A DNA stretch of 64,000 nt from an uncultured bacterium (GTDB taxonomy: Bacteria; Acidobacteriota; Aminicenantia; Aminicenantales; Saccharicenantaceae). Both the position numbers and the translations under genes were made by a program. Of this stretch, positions 46,449 through 57,275 are shown piece after piece (position 1 is the stretch's first letter; each line of letters opens with the position of its first letter). A model generated the notes under the pieces. That model was not told where the DNA came from. It did not search any database and saw only the letters and a program-made list of their open reading frames with translations. The stretch is taken from the NCBI GenBank assembly GCA_937920515.1, contig CALEUG010000006.1, positions 32,000 through 95,999 on the forward strand, given 5' to 3'.

Positions 46449-46853
46449 TTATTTGACCAGCGGAACCACTTCCGGACCGGCCGCGGCTATTACCTCGATT
46501 TCGATTTTAACATCCCGGGGCAACCTGGCTACCTGAAAAGTCGCCCTGGCCGGAAAGGGTTCGGGGAAATACCGGGCATAGATTTCATTCATTTTGGAAA
46601 ATTCGTTCATATCAGCCAGGTAGACGGTGGCTTTCACCACCTCGGACATGGAGCTCCCGGCTGCTTCCAGAATGGCCTGGATGTTCTTCAAAACCTGGTG
46701 GGTCTGTTCCTCTATGGTCGCCCCGGCTATTTCCCCCTTGACCGGGTCCAGAGGAATCTGTCCCGAAACGAAAATAAAACCGTTGGCCTTAATAGCCTGA
46801 GAATAAGGGCCGATGGCCCTGGGGGCCCGTTCGGTCTGAATGGCTTTCTTCAT
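46449..46853 (-). CDS. ridA: RidA/YjgF-family enamine/imine deaminase
   Basis: Core ...[23 protein letters not shown].... I prefer the internal ATG at 46853 (GGAGGA 6 nt upstream). The track ORF extends to 46949 with a Tat-like N-terminus (see findings). Confidence 0.8.
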   Translation of the reverse strand: MKKAIQTERAPRAIGPYSQAIKANGFIFVSGQIPLDPVKGEIAGATIEEQTHQVLKNIQAILEAAGSSMSEVVKATVYLADMNEFSKMNEIYARYFPEPFPARATFQVARLPRDVKIEIEVIAAAGPEVVPLVK

Positions 46854-46961
46854 GGTTATCCTCCCCGGTCTGAACGCAGACCGCAGCCTGGATGGCAGAG
46901 AAGAAAATATTCCCAGGAGTAGAAGAAATTTTCTCCTCTTCATTTCCACCTATCCTTTATA

Positions 46962-48413
46962 TCAGGTTAACTTTACCAGAGCCTCCAGCAGGAACTGCCA
47001 GAACCTTTCCACCGAGTTTATGCTCACTCTTTCATCAGGTGAATGCGGGTACTTGATGGTCGGTCCAAAAGAAATCATGTCCATTCCGGGATACTTCTCT
47101 CCGATTATTCCGCATTCCAGTCCGGCATGGACGGCCTTGACCTCGGGTTCTTTCTGGAACAGGTTTTGGTAGATCTCCACCATTTTCTTCAGCAGACTGG
47201 AATCCAGGTTGGGAGTCCAGGCCGGGTAGCCCTGGGGTTGATTGACCCTGGCTCCAGCCAGATGGCAGCAGGCCCTGATCACCAGCCTGACCGCTTCCAG
47301 GGCCGTGAAGACCGAGCTCCTGGTATTGCAGACTATCCTGGCTGCCTTGGGCTCGGTGTGGACGATGGCCAGATTGCTTGAAGTTTCCACCAGGCCGGCA
47401 ATCCGGGGATGCATTGACACCACTCCATGGGGCAGGGCCAGAATAAGCCTCAACAGACGGTCCTGGGATTCTCCCGTCAGAGGAAAGTCAGAGTCAACAG
47501 AATTTCTGAGGTCGTAGGCCAGCTCGGGTTCAGTCACTCTGTATTCGGATTTAATGGCTTCAAACTCTTTCTTGAGAAAATTGACCAGTGCCCTCCGGTC
47601 CTTCTTATCAACTCCCACCAGAGCCCAGGCTTCCCGGGGTATTGCATTTCGTTTGCTCCCGCCGCCAAAAGAAATCAACTCCAGCCTGAACTTTTCCGAG
47701 GCCGAGCTCAGAACCCGGGCCAGAAGTTTCAGGGCATTACCACGTCCGAGGTTAATGTCCAGGCCGGAATGGCCGCCCCGCAGTCCAGAAATTTTAACCA
47801 GGAGAACCTGGCCCGGTTTCTTCTTTTTGCGCTCCAGGGGCAGGCTGATTTCAGAATCGGCTCCGCCGGCGCAGCCGATGGTGAAGGTCCCCTCGTCCTC
47901 ACTGTCCAGGTTGAGCAGCAACTTGCCGGTCAGCATATCCTTGCCCAGCCTGAAGGCTCCGGTCAGACCGGTCTCTTCATCCACCGTGAACAGGCATTCC
48001 AGCGGGCCATGGACGAGAGACCTGTCTTCCAGAACGGCCAGACAGGCAGCGAGACCGATTCCGTTGTCAGCTCCCAGGGTGGTGCCGCTGGCTTTGACCC
48101 AGTCGCCTTCGACATAAGCCTTTATTGGGTCTTTCAGGAAATCGTGGCTGACCTCGGAATTCTTTTCGCAGACCATGTCCAGGTGGGCCTGCAGAACCAC
48201 ACCCGGAGCATTTTCTTTTCCGGGGGAAGCGGGCTTGCGAACCACCACGTTTCCAGCTTTATCCTGGCGGGCTTCCAGGCCCCAGCTTCTGGCCAGGTTG
48301 ATGATATGCTCGGCCAGAGCTTTTTCGTTTCCTGAACCGTGAGGAATGGCCAGGATCTGGCTGAAATGTTTCCAGAGTTTTTCCGGTTTTAGGGAAGTCA
48401 ACTCGTTGCTCAT
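46962..48413 (-). CDS. pepD: Aminoacyl-histidine dipeptidase (M20C, PepD)
   Basis: 483 aa. N-terminus ...LWKHFSQILAIPHGSGNE..., metal motifs HLDMV and ADNGIG. Confidence 0.85.
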   Translation of the reverse strand: MSNELTSLKPEKLWKHFSQILAIPHGSGNEKALAEHIINLARSWGLEARQDKAGNVVVRKPASPGKENAPGVVLQAHLDMVCEKNSEVSHDFLKDPIKAYVEGDWVKASGTTLGADNGIGLAACLAVLEDRSLVHGPLECLFTVDEETGLTGAFRLGKDMLTGKLLLNLDSEDEGTFTIGCAGGADSEISLPLERKKKKPGQVLLVKISGLRGGHSGLDINLGRGNALKLLARVLSSASEKFRLELISFGGGSKRNAIPREAWALVGVDKKDRRALVNFLKKEFEAIKSEYRVTEPELAYDLRNSVDSDFPLTGESQDRLLRLILALPHGVVSMHPRIAGLVETSSNLAIVHTEPKAARIVCNTRSSVFTALEAVRLVIRACCHLAGARVNQPQGYPAWTPNLDSSLLKKMVEIYQNLFQKEPEVKAVHAGLECGIIGEKYPGMDMISFGPTIKYPHSPDERVSINSVERFWQFLLEALVKLT

Positions 48414-48444
48414 TTATGCTCCTTCCATAAATTATTGATTATTA

Positions 48445-48457
48445 TGCTATAATATCA
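48445..48457. promoter_or_regulatory. Overlapping divergent extended -10 elements (TGcTATAAT on +, TGaTATTAT on -)
   Basis: The + strand reads TGCTATAAT at 48445-53, and the - strand reads TGATATTAT at 48457-49. They lie in the 76-nt gap between pepD and the metal ABC operon. Confidence 0.35.
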
Positions 48458-48489
48458 TAAAAATAAAGAATTATTTCAAGCTGCAGCAG

Positions 48490-49419
48490 GTGGTGACTGA
48501 ATACATGAAAAGCATCTTAAACCCGGCCAGAGTTATTATGGCTATTATTATTTTAGCTACCCTGATAAGTGCTCCATTTCTGCCAGCGGCCGGAACCCAG
48601 AGGCCGGTCCTGGTGACCACGATATTCCCCCTGACCGAACTGGCCAGGAGTGTGGCCGGCGACCGGGCTGAAGTCCGCCAGATTATACCGCCCTCGGCCG
48701 AAATCCATCATTTCCAGCTTACCCCCTCCGACCTTAAACTTCTGGCCGAGGCCGACCTGGTGATTGCCGTCGGCGGTGGACTGGAACCCTGGCTGGTCAG
48801 GCTGGAAAAATCTCTAAGAAAGACAAAAAGCGCCAGAACCCTGAGGTTTATTGATTACCTGCGCTCTGTCGGCTACCCGGCCTTGAGGCGGGACGACCCA
48901 CATGTCTGGCTTGATTTTGAGGCGGACCGTATCCTGGTCGACCGTCTGGTGGAAGAACTCTGTGCCCTGGACCCGAATGGTGCCGGATATTACCGGGAAA
49001 GAGGCAGGTCCCTGATCGAGGAGCTCGCCGCCCTGGATAACCGCTTCCAGCAGGAGCTCAGACCCTGCTTCCGAAAAGAAATCATCATCGCCGGTCACCA
49101 GGCCTTTGCCTACCTGACCGGCCGCTACGGTTTGATCCCGATCAGCCTGAGCGGGCCTCACCCCGAGGCCCAGCCCGGAGCCAGGAAGCTGCAGGAAATA
49201 ATAAGACTGATCAGAGAGAAAAAAATTGAGGCGGTTTTTTACGAGAGCTCGGAGCCGCCGGCTTATGCCAGTGCCATTGCCCGCGAGACGGGAGCCAGGC
49301 TGTTCAGCCTCTCGGCCGGCGTCAATCTTACCAGGGACCAGCTCAGGGAAGGAAAGACATTCCTGGAGTTGATGGCCGATAACCTGCAGATACTCAAGAC
49401 GGCCCTGGGGTGTGAATGA
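48490..49419 (+). CDS. Metal (Zn/Mn-type, cluster A-I) ABC transporter substrate-binding protein
   Basis: Signal/TM N-terminus and a ZnuA/TroA-like pattern including DPHVWLD. The start may be ATG 48505. Metal specificity cannot be determined from the sequence. Confidence 0.8.
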   Translation: MVTEYMKSILNPARVIMAIIILATLISAPFLPAAGTQRPVLVTTIFPLTELARSVAGDRAEVRQIIPPSAEIHHFQLTPSDLKLLAEADLVIAVGGGLEPWLVRLEKSLRKTKSARTLRFIDYLRSVGYPALRRDDPHVWLDFEADRILVDRLVEELCALDPNGAGYYRERGRSLIEELAALDNRFQQELRPCFRKEIIIAGHQAFAYLTGRYGLIPISLSGPHPEAQPGARKLQEIIRLIREKKIEAVFYESSEPPAYASAIARETGARLFSLSAGVNLTRDQLREGKTFLELMADNLQILKTALGCE

Positions 49420-50180
49420 TCCTGGAAAACAAGAAGGAAGAAGTCATCAGGGTGGAAGGGGTGAGCTTTGCCTACGAGAGGGTGCCGGCCCTGGTCAACA
49501 TAAATCTGTCCGTCCACCGGGGCGATTTTCTGGCGATCGTCGGTCCTAACGGCTCTGGCAAGACCACTCTCCTGAAAATCATGGTCGGGCTGCTTAAACC
49601 GGGACAGGGTCGGGTCTGGTTATTCCAGCAACCCCTGGAAGACTTTAACCAGTGGTACAGAATAGGTTACATCCAGCAGAAAGCCACCAATTTCGACCAG
49701 ATTTTTCCCATCTCGGTGGCCGAGGTGATTGCGGCCAGCCTCAATTCGATAAGCCGCCCGCAGAAACCCGGCCGGGGCCAGGTCAGGCAGAAAATTCTGG
49801 AAGCCCTCCGGACTGTCGGGCTGGAAAATGAAGCCGGGAAATCCATGAACAGCCTATCCGGGGGACAGCAGCAAAGAGTCCTTATCGCCCGGGCCCTGGC
49901 CACCGAACCTGAAATCCTGTTGCTGGATGAGCCGACCACCGGAGTTGACTATCCGTCCCAGGAGAATTTTTATGACCTGCTTGGACAGCTCAACAGGCAG
50001 AAACACCTGACCATCGTTCTGGTGACTCATGATTACGGCATAGTGAACAGGCATATCAACCGGGTAGCCTGCCTGAACCAGAAACTTTTCTATCATGGAG
50101 AGCATGCTGAATTCTGCCAGTCTGACAGCTTCCGGGAACTGCTGCAGGGTGGCCATCACCTGATATCACACAGACATTGA
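49416..50180 (+). CDS. Metal ABC transporter ATP-binding protein
   Basis: Walker A GPNGSGKTT, signature LSGGQQQR, Walker B LLLDEP. 4-nt overlap with the upstream gene. Confidence 0.9.
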   Translation: MILENKKEEVIRVEGVSFAYERVPALVNINLSVHRGDFLAIVGPNGSGKTTLLKIMVGLLKPGQGRVWLFQQPLEDFNQWYRIGYIQQKATNFDQIFPISVAEVIAASLNSISRPQKPGRGQVRQKILEALRTVGLENEAGKSMNSLSGGQQQRVLIARALATEPEILLLDEPTTGVDYPSQENFYDLLGQLNRQKHLTIVLVTHDYGIVNRHINRVACLNQKLFYHGEHAEFCQSDSFRELLQGGHHLISHRH

Positions 50181-51001
50181 ACATGAGCGGAGACCTGATA
50201 TTCAGCAGCCTTTTTCTGCGAGCCCTGCTGGCCGGAGGATGCCTGGCCCTGGCCTGCGGCCTGCTCGGCGTCTTCCTGGTGCTCAGGCGCGATGCCATGA
50301 TCAGCCACGGCCTGTCCCACGTGGCTTTTGCCGGGGTGGCCCTGGGACTGGCCCTCAACCTGATGCCAGTAGTTTTTTCGGTGGTGATTTCCCTGGCCGG
50401 TTCTCTTCTGATTTTGAGACTCAAGGAGCAGGCCCGGCTTCCCGGCGACACGGCCATAGCCCTTCTCAGCAGCGGAGGTCTGGCCCTGGCCGTTTTCCTG
50501 ATGTCAATCAAGAAAGACTTCGGGGCCGAACTGATGGCCTATCTATTTGGTGACATTCTGGCCATCGGTCCTTCTGAAGTCTACCTGGCAGTCGGGCTGG
50601 CGGTTGTGGTCTCGGCCGGTATCTTTCTGAATCTGTCAAGGTTCATCTTCATGACTTTTGACCGGGAAGCGGCCTCGGTCTCCGGTATCGGCCTGAAAGG
50701 ACTCGACCGGTTGCTGGTAATGATGTCAGCGGTAACCATAGTACTGGGACTGCGCATCGTTGGCCTGCTCCTGGTGACCGGACTGACGGTCATCCCGGCG
50801 GCTGCTGCCCTGCAGCTGGCCAGAAATTTCCGGCAGGCGCTGCTCCTCTCCAGCCTTTTCAGCCTGTTGTCGATACTCGGGGGGATTGTCCTGGCCTATG
50901 TCTTAAACCTTCCAGCTTCAGCCGCCATCATTTTCCTGGCGCTTTTTATTTTCATCCTTGGATTTCTTTTTAAAAGGCTTAAGGGACAGCAAACCATGTA
51001 A
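50177..51001 (+). CDS. Metal ABC transporter permease (ZnuB/TroC-like)
   Basis: 274 aa, multi-TM. 4-nt overlap with the ATPase gene. Confidence 0.85.
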   Translation: MNMSGDLIFSSLFLRALLAGGCLALACGLLGVFLVLRRDAMISHGLSHVAFAGVALGLALNLMPVVFSVVISLAGSLLILRLKEQARLPGDTAIALLSSGGLALAVFLMSIKKDFGAELMAYLFGDILAIGPSEVYLAVGLAVVVSAGIFLNLSRFIFMTFDREAASVSGIGLKGLDRLLVMMSAVTIVLGLRIVGLLLVTGLTVIPAAAALQLARNFRQALLLSSLFSLLSILGGIVLAYVLNLPASAAIIFLALFIFILGFLFKRLKGQQTM

Positions 51002-51069
51002 ATCACTGTCTCCTGGCGCCAGTTTAGCCCGGCCGCAAAAATTGATAATAAACCTGGCCTGAAGTCAAA

Positions 51070-52746
51070 TCATTCAGTCTCGAGGACTCCAGCCATCAGC
51101 TTTTCCAGCTTTTGAACGCCTTTTTCCAGTTTTTTCTTCAGCTGCTCGGCCCTGGCCAGGGTCTTCTTCTTAAAATTTTCATCCCTGATACCGGGCAGGT
51201 TGATCCGGACGTTGTAGTAAGCGCCCAGGCCGCAGCTTCTGGCGACCAGACCGGCTACCCCGGCATCGCTCACCGAATTCCTGTTCCCCTCACTGGCAGC
51301 CTGTGTGGCCAGCTCAACCAGTTCCAGGGATTTTTCCAGGACGGACAGGGGTACCAGGGTGGCTTCTTTGTTGGCGTTTTCAATGGCTGCTTCTCTTTCT
51401 CTTGCCTGGTCTTCGGTGGCCTTGGGCAGGCGGTAGGCTTCCATAACCCGATTAAAGGCTCTGGTATCCAGGTCGACGGCCTGAAGAAGTTCGTCTTTCA
51501 ATTTCTGGCTCCTCAGGGCTAACGTTTTCATCAGGTCAAAGGATTGTTCATAACCCTTTTTGCCGACTGTCAGGTTGGCCACCATGGCTGACAGAGCAGC
51601 CGACAGGCTGCCGCAAAGAGCGGCCACACTGCCTCCACCCGGAGCAGGAGAATCCATTGACAGTTCATCGGCAAACTCGTTTAACCTGAGCCGGACAAGG
51701 GACTTTTCGTCAGGAGGAAACTGGTACTCGATAACTTTTTTAGCCGGGTCGAAGGGGACGATATCACTCAAGCCCAGCGACCTTACGGCTATTCTGACCA
51801 GTTCTTTTTCCGGGACCCCGGGACTCTTGCCCTGTTTTTCCAGGTAATGCCTGCCGGCCATCAGCAGGGCTTCCAGAGGAATCAGTCCGACCAGTTCGCT
51901 ACCGGTTACCCGAACCCCCATCTTCTCGGCCAGCCGGCAGGCCTCGTCAAACACAACATGTGGAGGCGTAATCTTATAATTAGTAAAGTTTATTGAGATC
52001 TGAGCGATGCCGTACTCGTCAATGTACCAGCCCACGGCCTTAACCGCCTTAAATTTTCCGGGTACCTTGACCGGCTGCCCGTTCTTATCGTAGATTATGT
52101 TTCCCTTTTTATCTTTTTTAGGCCGCCCGCTTTCCCTGAGATAAGAGGCTATTTCCTGGGCAATCTTTCTGTCCCTGGTATTCAGGTTGATGTTATAGGC
52201 TATCAGAAATTCCCTGGCCCCGATAACCGTGGCCCCGGACCGGGGATTGAAGACCGCCGGGCCATAATCCGGTTTCCAGCGGGGATCTCTGAGCTTATCG
52301 GCCAGGCCTTCATACTCTCCAGACCGGATGCTGGCCAGATTTTTCCGGTCAGCTCTGGTAGCCGCTTCTTCGTAAAGATAAACGGGAATGCCCAGCTCTT
52401 CTCCCACTCTCTGCCCGAGTTCGTTGGCCAGCCTGACACAGTCTCCCATGGTAACTCCCGAAACGGGAACAAATGGACAGACATCGGTGGCTCCAAGCCT
52501 GGGGTGAGCTCCCCGGTGCTGGCTCATGTCGATCAGCTCGGCCGCTTTCCTGATGGCCTTGAAAGCTGCTTCCTTTACGGCTTCGGGTGAACCGACGAAG
52601 GTGACCACGGTCCGGTTGGTAGCTTCCCCCGGGTCCACATCCAGGAGCTTGACGCCGGGTGTGGATTCTATTTCGTGGACGATGGCCTGAATTTTGGCCC
52701 GGTCGCGACCCTCACTGAAATTGGGAACGCACTCAACGATTTTCAT
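51070..52746 (-). CDS. Bifunctional glutamate formimidoyltransferase / formimidoyltetrahydrofolate cyclodeaminase (fused FTCD)
   Basis: N-terminus MKIVECVPNFSEGRD (transferase). C-terminal cyclodeaminase motif SPAPGGGSVAALCGSLSAAL. Its ATG lies 14 nt inside the upstream M16 gene. Confidence 0.85.
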   Translation of the reverse strand: MKIVECVPNFSEGRDRAKIQAIVHEIESTPGVKLLDVDPGEATNRTVVTFVGSPEAVKEAAFKAIRKAAELIDMSQHRGAHPRLGATDVCPFVPVSGVTMGDCVRLANELGQRVGEELGIPVYLYEEAATRADRKNLASIRSGEYEGLADKLRDPRWKPDYGPAVFNPRSGATVIGAREFLIAYNINLNTRDRKIAQEIASYLRESGRPKKDKKGNIIYDKNGQPVKVPGKFKAVKAVGWYIDEYGIAQISINFTNYKITPPHVVFDEACRLAEKMGVRVTGSELVGLIPLEALLMAGRHYLEKQGKSPGVPEKELVRIAVRSLGLSDIVPFDPAKKVIEYQFPPDEKSLVRLRLNEFADELSMDSPAPGGGSVAALCGSLSAALSAMVANLTVGKKGYEQSFDLMKTLALRSQKLKDELLQAVDLDTRAFNRVMEAYRLPKATEDQAREREAAIENANKEATLVPLSVLEKSLELVELATQAASEGNRNSVSDAGVAGLVARSCGLGAYYNVRINLPGIRDENFKKKTLARAEQLKKKLEKGVQKLEKLMAGVLETE

Positions 52747-54208
52747 ACTTCAAGACTCCTTTCTGGAATACACCCTGAAATTGACCCTTACGGTTATAGA
52801 CATCAATTTTGTCAAATTCTCTTAAGTAGTCAAGGGTTCCGGCAGCTTCGGCTGCTATGACCACCAGAGGTCGGGTGGAGAGGTATTTTCTGGCCACCGC
52901 CTGGACGCTTTCGGCATTGACCGGCATTATGTTCTGAGAATACCTGGTCCAGAAATCAGGCGGCAACTCAAAAAGCTCCAGCAAACCCATTCTTCTGCTG
53001 AGCGCTTCCGGAGATTGCAGCTGAAGAGGCAGGTTGCCCATCAGGTAGGCTTTGGCCCTCTCCAGCTCTTCCGGGCTAATCTTCTCTTCCGACAGGCCGC
53101 GCATGGTCTGCTGGATGGCGGCGATGGCCTCAACTATGGCCGGGGGAGAGGTCTTGGCCTTTACCCATAACAGGCCGTTTCCCCGGAAAAAACTCAGGTC
53201 GCTGAAGGCGTAAAAGGCGAGTCCTTTCAGCTCCCGCAACTGGAGAAAGAGACGGCTGCCGGTGGTGCCACCGAGCAGGTGGTTCAGGACCAGCAGCGGA
53301 TGATAATCAGGGCTGGAGATGGGAACGGTCAGGTTGCCGGCGATGACCGCCACCTCGGGACCGGGAACGTCCAGGAAACAGACCTGGTTGAAATCCCGGT
53401 TTTCCAGTTTCTGGACCGGGGGTCTGGCCACCGGGCGCGGCACCCAGCGCCGGAAATGCTGGCTGGCCAGGCTCCGGGCTTCATCCAGCGAAACCGGGCC
53501 GTTAAAAATGATGATGGAATTATTCGGACGGAGAAAGCGCTGGTGAAACTGGGCTACCTCCCGGGTAGAGATGTTCTTGATAGCCTCGGCTTCCAGAATT
53601 CCCGGGTTGTAGCCTGAGCCGGAAAATATTCTCTTCAGGAAAAAATCGTAGCCTGCATTTTCCGGGTCCTGGTTACGGCGCAGTAGCTGGTAGTATAATT
53701 CCCGCTTTACGGCCGAAAGCTCCAGGGCGGGAAAGGAGGGCTCGACAAAAAACAGGCCGATTAAACCCAGGGCTGCCTCCAGCTTCTCGTCCAGGAAAGA
53801 AAAAGAGAAAATCGTGTAGTCCGACCGGACTTCGACCGAGTATTCTATTCCCAGAAAGGCCAGTCTCTCTTCAACCTCGGCCGGGTTGATGCTGGTCGTG
53901 CCCCGCAGCATCAGCCGGGCGGTGGCCGTGGCCAGCCCGGGCAGCTCAGCCGGAGAATCGCTTTCTCCGGCCTTAATCAGCACCTGAAGGTTAAACAGGC
54001 GGTTGTTGTTTCTGGAAATTACCATCAGCTTCAGACCGTTGCCTGTTACCTCGGATGTCACCGGAGGCAGAACCAGTGAGGGCAGAGGGTCGGGGTAGGG
54101 TGGAACCCGCCTGAATTTTTCCTGAGGTTTCAGGGGCGTGGCCAGTAAAAAGACCGCCAGCAGGGCTGCCAGCAGCCGGGGCCAGAAATTATATGAACAA
54201 TCTTTCAT
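52733..54208 (-). CDS. M16-family peptidase-like protein, zinc motif absent
   Basis: Signal peptide and a two-domain M16 pattern. The HxxEH position reads GLATATARLMLRGT. Confidence 0.7.
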   Translation of the reverse strand: MKDCSYNFWPRLLAALLAVFLLATPLKPQEKFRRVPPYPDPLPSLVLPPVTSEVTGNGLKLMVISRNNNRLFNLQVLIKAGESDSPAELPGLATATARLMLRGTTSINPAEVEERLAFLGIEYSVEVRSDYTIFSFSFLDEKLEAALGLIGLFFVEPSFPALELSAVKRELYYQLLRRNQDPENAGYDFFLKRIFSGSGYNPGILEAEAIKNISTREVAQFHQRFLRPNNSIIIFNGPVSLDEARSLASQHFRRWVPRPVARPPVQKLENRDFNQVCFLDVPGPEVAVIAGNLTVPISSPDYHPLLVLNHLLGGTTGSRLFLQLRELKGLAFYAFSDLSFFRGNGLLWVKAKTSPPAIVEAIAAIQQTMRGLSEEKISPEELERAKAYLMGNLPLQLQSPEALSRRMGLLELFELPPDFWTRYSQNIMPVNAESVQAVARKYLSTRPLVVIAAEAAGTLDYLREFDKIDVYNRKGQFQGVFQKGVLKYENR

Positions 54209-54210
54209 AT

Positions 54211-55575
54211 TTAATACCTGGGCAGAATGGTCAAAAAGCAGAACCTCTCCTCCCTTATCTGCCGCCTGGCCAGGGCCAGGATGGAATAGGGAGTGAGTTT
54301 TTCCAGACGGTCGAGCTCTCCGGCTATATCAGGTACCCGGCCCTCTTTAAGGTAGAGATCGGCCAGGGCCAGGGCCCGTGACAGGTTGTTACCGGTCATC
54401 TGGTTCAGGTAGTTATACTTATGGATGTTCTTGGCCTTGAGGAATTCCCTCTCGGACATCATCTCAGTCTTCAAGCGATTGAGTTCATCGGCCAGACTTC
54501 TCTTGGCCCGCTCCACCATGATCTGGGTATTGGCCAGCATAAAAATTTTCAGCGCTTGAAACTTGCCCCTTTCTTCCAGGCCTCCGCTCAGGAAAAGGGC
54601 CAGGCGTTCTTTCTTCACCAAGCGATTGACCAGGCGACTGGTCCCGCCCTGGACCAGTACCTGTTCCAGCAGTCGCAGGACCAGGTTGTCCTCGGGCCGC
54701 AGGTCCTCCAGTCTTACCCCGAATTGCAGGGCCGGAGAGGAAACCATGGGATCGATCATCACCTGGTCCCGGGCCGAGAGCGAAGGGATGAATTCGGGTT
54801 CAGGATATGGTTCCGGCTCCTCTCCCCGTGGAATTGTCTCAAAATAGCGGGTGACCAGCTCTCTGGCCCTGGCCAGTTTCAGGTCGCCGCTCAGGCAGAG
54901 GACGGCATTATTGGGAACATAATATTTCCTGTAAAACCTGATAACGTCTTCCAGGCTGATTCCCCTGATCGACTCGGGCGAACCGGTCAGAGAATGCCCG
55001 TAGCGGAAATCGGGAAACATTATCTGGTCAATCAGGAAAAAATAACGGCTGAAAGGTTCCTGCAGGTAGCGCTGGTTTTCGTTGCGGATCAGATTTTCCT
55101 TTTCCCTGGCCAGGCTGGCCTCGGTCACCTGCAGGAAGTGCATGCGGTCCGCTTCCAGCCAGAGAACCAGGCCCAGCTGGTTGGAAGGAACCGTTTCATA
55201 AAAAAATGTCTTGTCAAAAGTGGTGGCGGCATTCAGCTCGCCCCCGACATTTTGAATGTAGTTGAGGTGTTGCAGAGGTCCGACATTTTCCGAACCCTGG
55301 AACATCAGGTTCTGCATCAGGTAGGCCAGTCCATCCTTGCCCTCTGGATCGTTGACTGAACCCACCCGATAGGCAACAACGGACGTGACCACGGGCAGGG
55401 AAGAATCTTCCACCACTATGACCGTCAATCCGTTTTTCAAGCGAAAGCTGACCGGGTTGAAACTCTGGGCCGTAGACCGGGCCGACCACAGTCCCTCCGG
55501 CAGGAACAGAACAAACATCAACGCCAGCCAGGCCCGCCCTGGTCTTTTAAAGCTTTTTTCTCTCAGTTTATTCAT
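54211..55575 (-). CDS. M16-family peptidase-like protein, zinc motif degenerate
   Basis: Signal peptide. The HxxEH position reads GLAYLMQNLMFQGS (H to Y, E to Q, H to N). The stop of this gene lies 2 nt before the ATG of the next M16 gene. Confidence 0.7.
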   Translation of the reverse strand: MNKLREKSFKRPGRAWLALMFVLFLPEGLWSARSTAQSFNPVSFRLKNGLTVIVVEDSSLPVVTSVVAYRVGSVNDPEGKDGLAYLMQNLMFQGSENVGPLQHLNYIQNVGGELNAATTFDKTFFYETVPSNQLGLVLWLEADRMHFLQVTEASLAREKENLIRNENQRYLQEPFSRYFFLIDQIMFPDFRYGHSLTGSPESIRGISLEDVIRFYRKYYVPNNAVLCLSGDLKLARARELVTRYFETIPRGEEPEPYPEPEFIPSLSARDQVMIDPMVSSPALQFGVRLEDLRPEDNLVLRLLEQVLVQGGTSRLVNRLVKKERLALFLSGGLEERGKFQALKIFMLANTQIMVERAKRSLADELNRLKTEMMSEREFLKAKNIHKYNYLNQMTGNNLSRALALADLYLKEGRVPDIAGELDRLEKLTPYSILALARRQIREERFCFLTILPRY

Positions 55576-55774
55576 CTGGCTCTGGAAACAATCAGCCTAT
55601 AAATATCACAAATACCCCAAAAATTAAACCAAACGAATTGCAATCAGCCACAGTTTATGTTAAAAATGGCTGCCAACAGGTACCCGGGACAATGCGGAAC
55701 AGGATAGATTTTATCTTAGCTGAGAGGGAGGAGAGAACCTGCTGGAGAGGCAGGCCGTTCCTGAAATGGCATAG

Positions 55775-57232
<1,458 letters not shown>

Positions 57233-57275
57233 AAAAATATCCCGGTCGGAAGAAGGCCAGAAACAGGAGCCGGGG

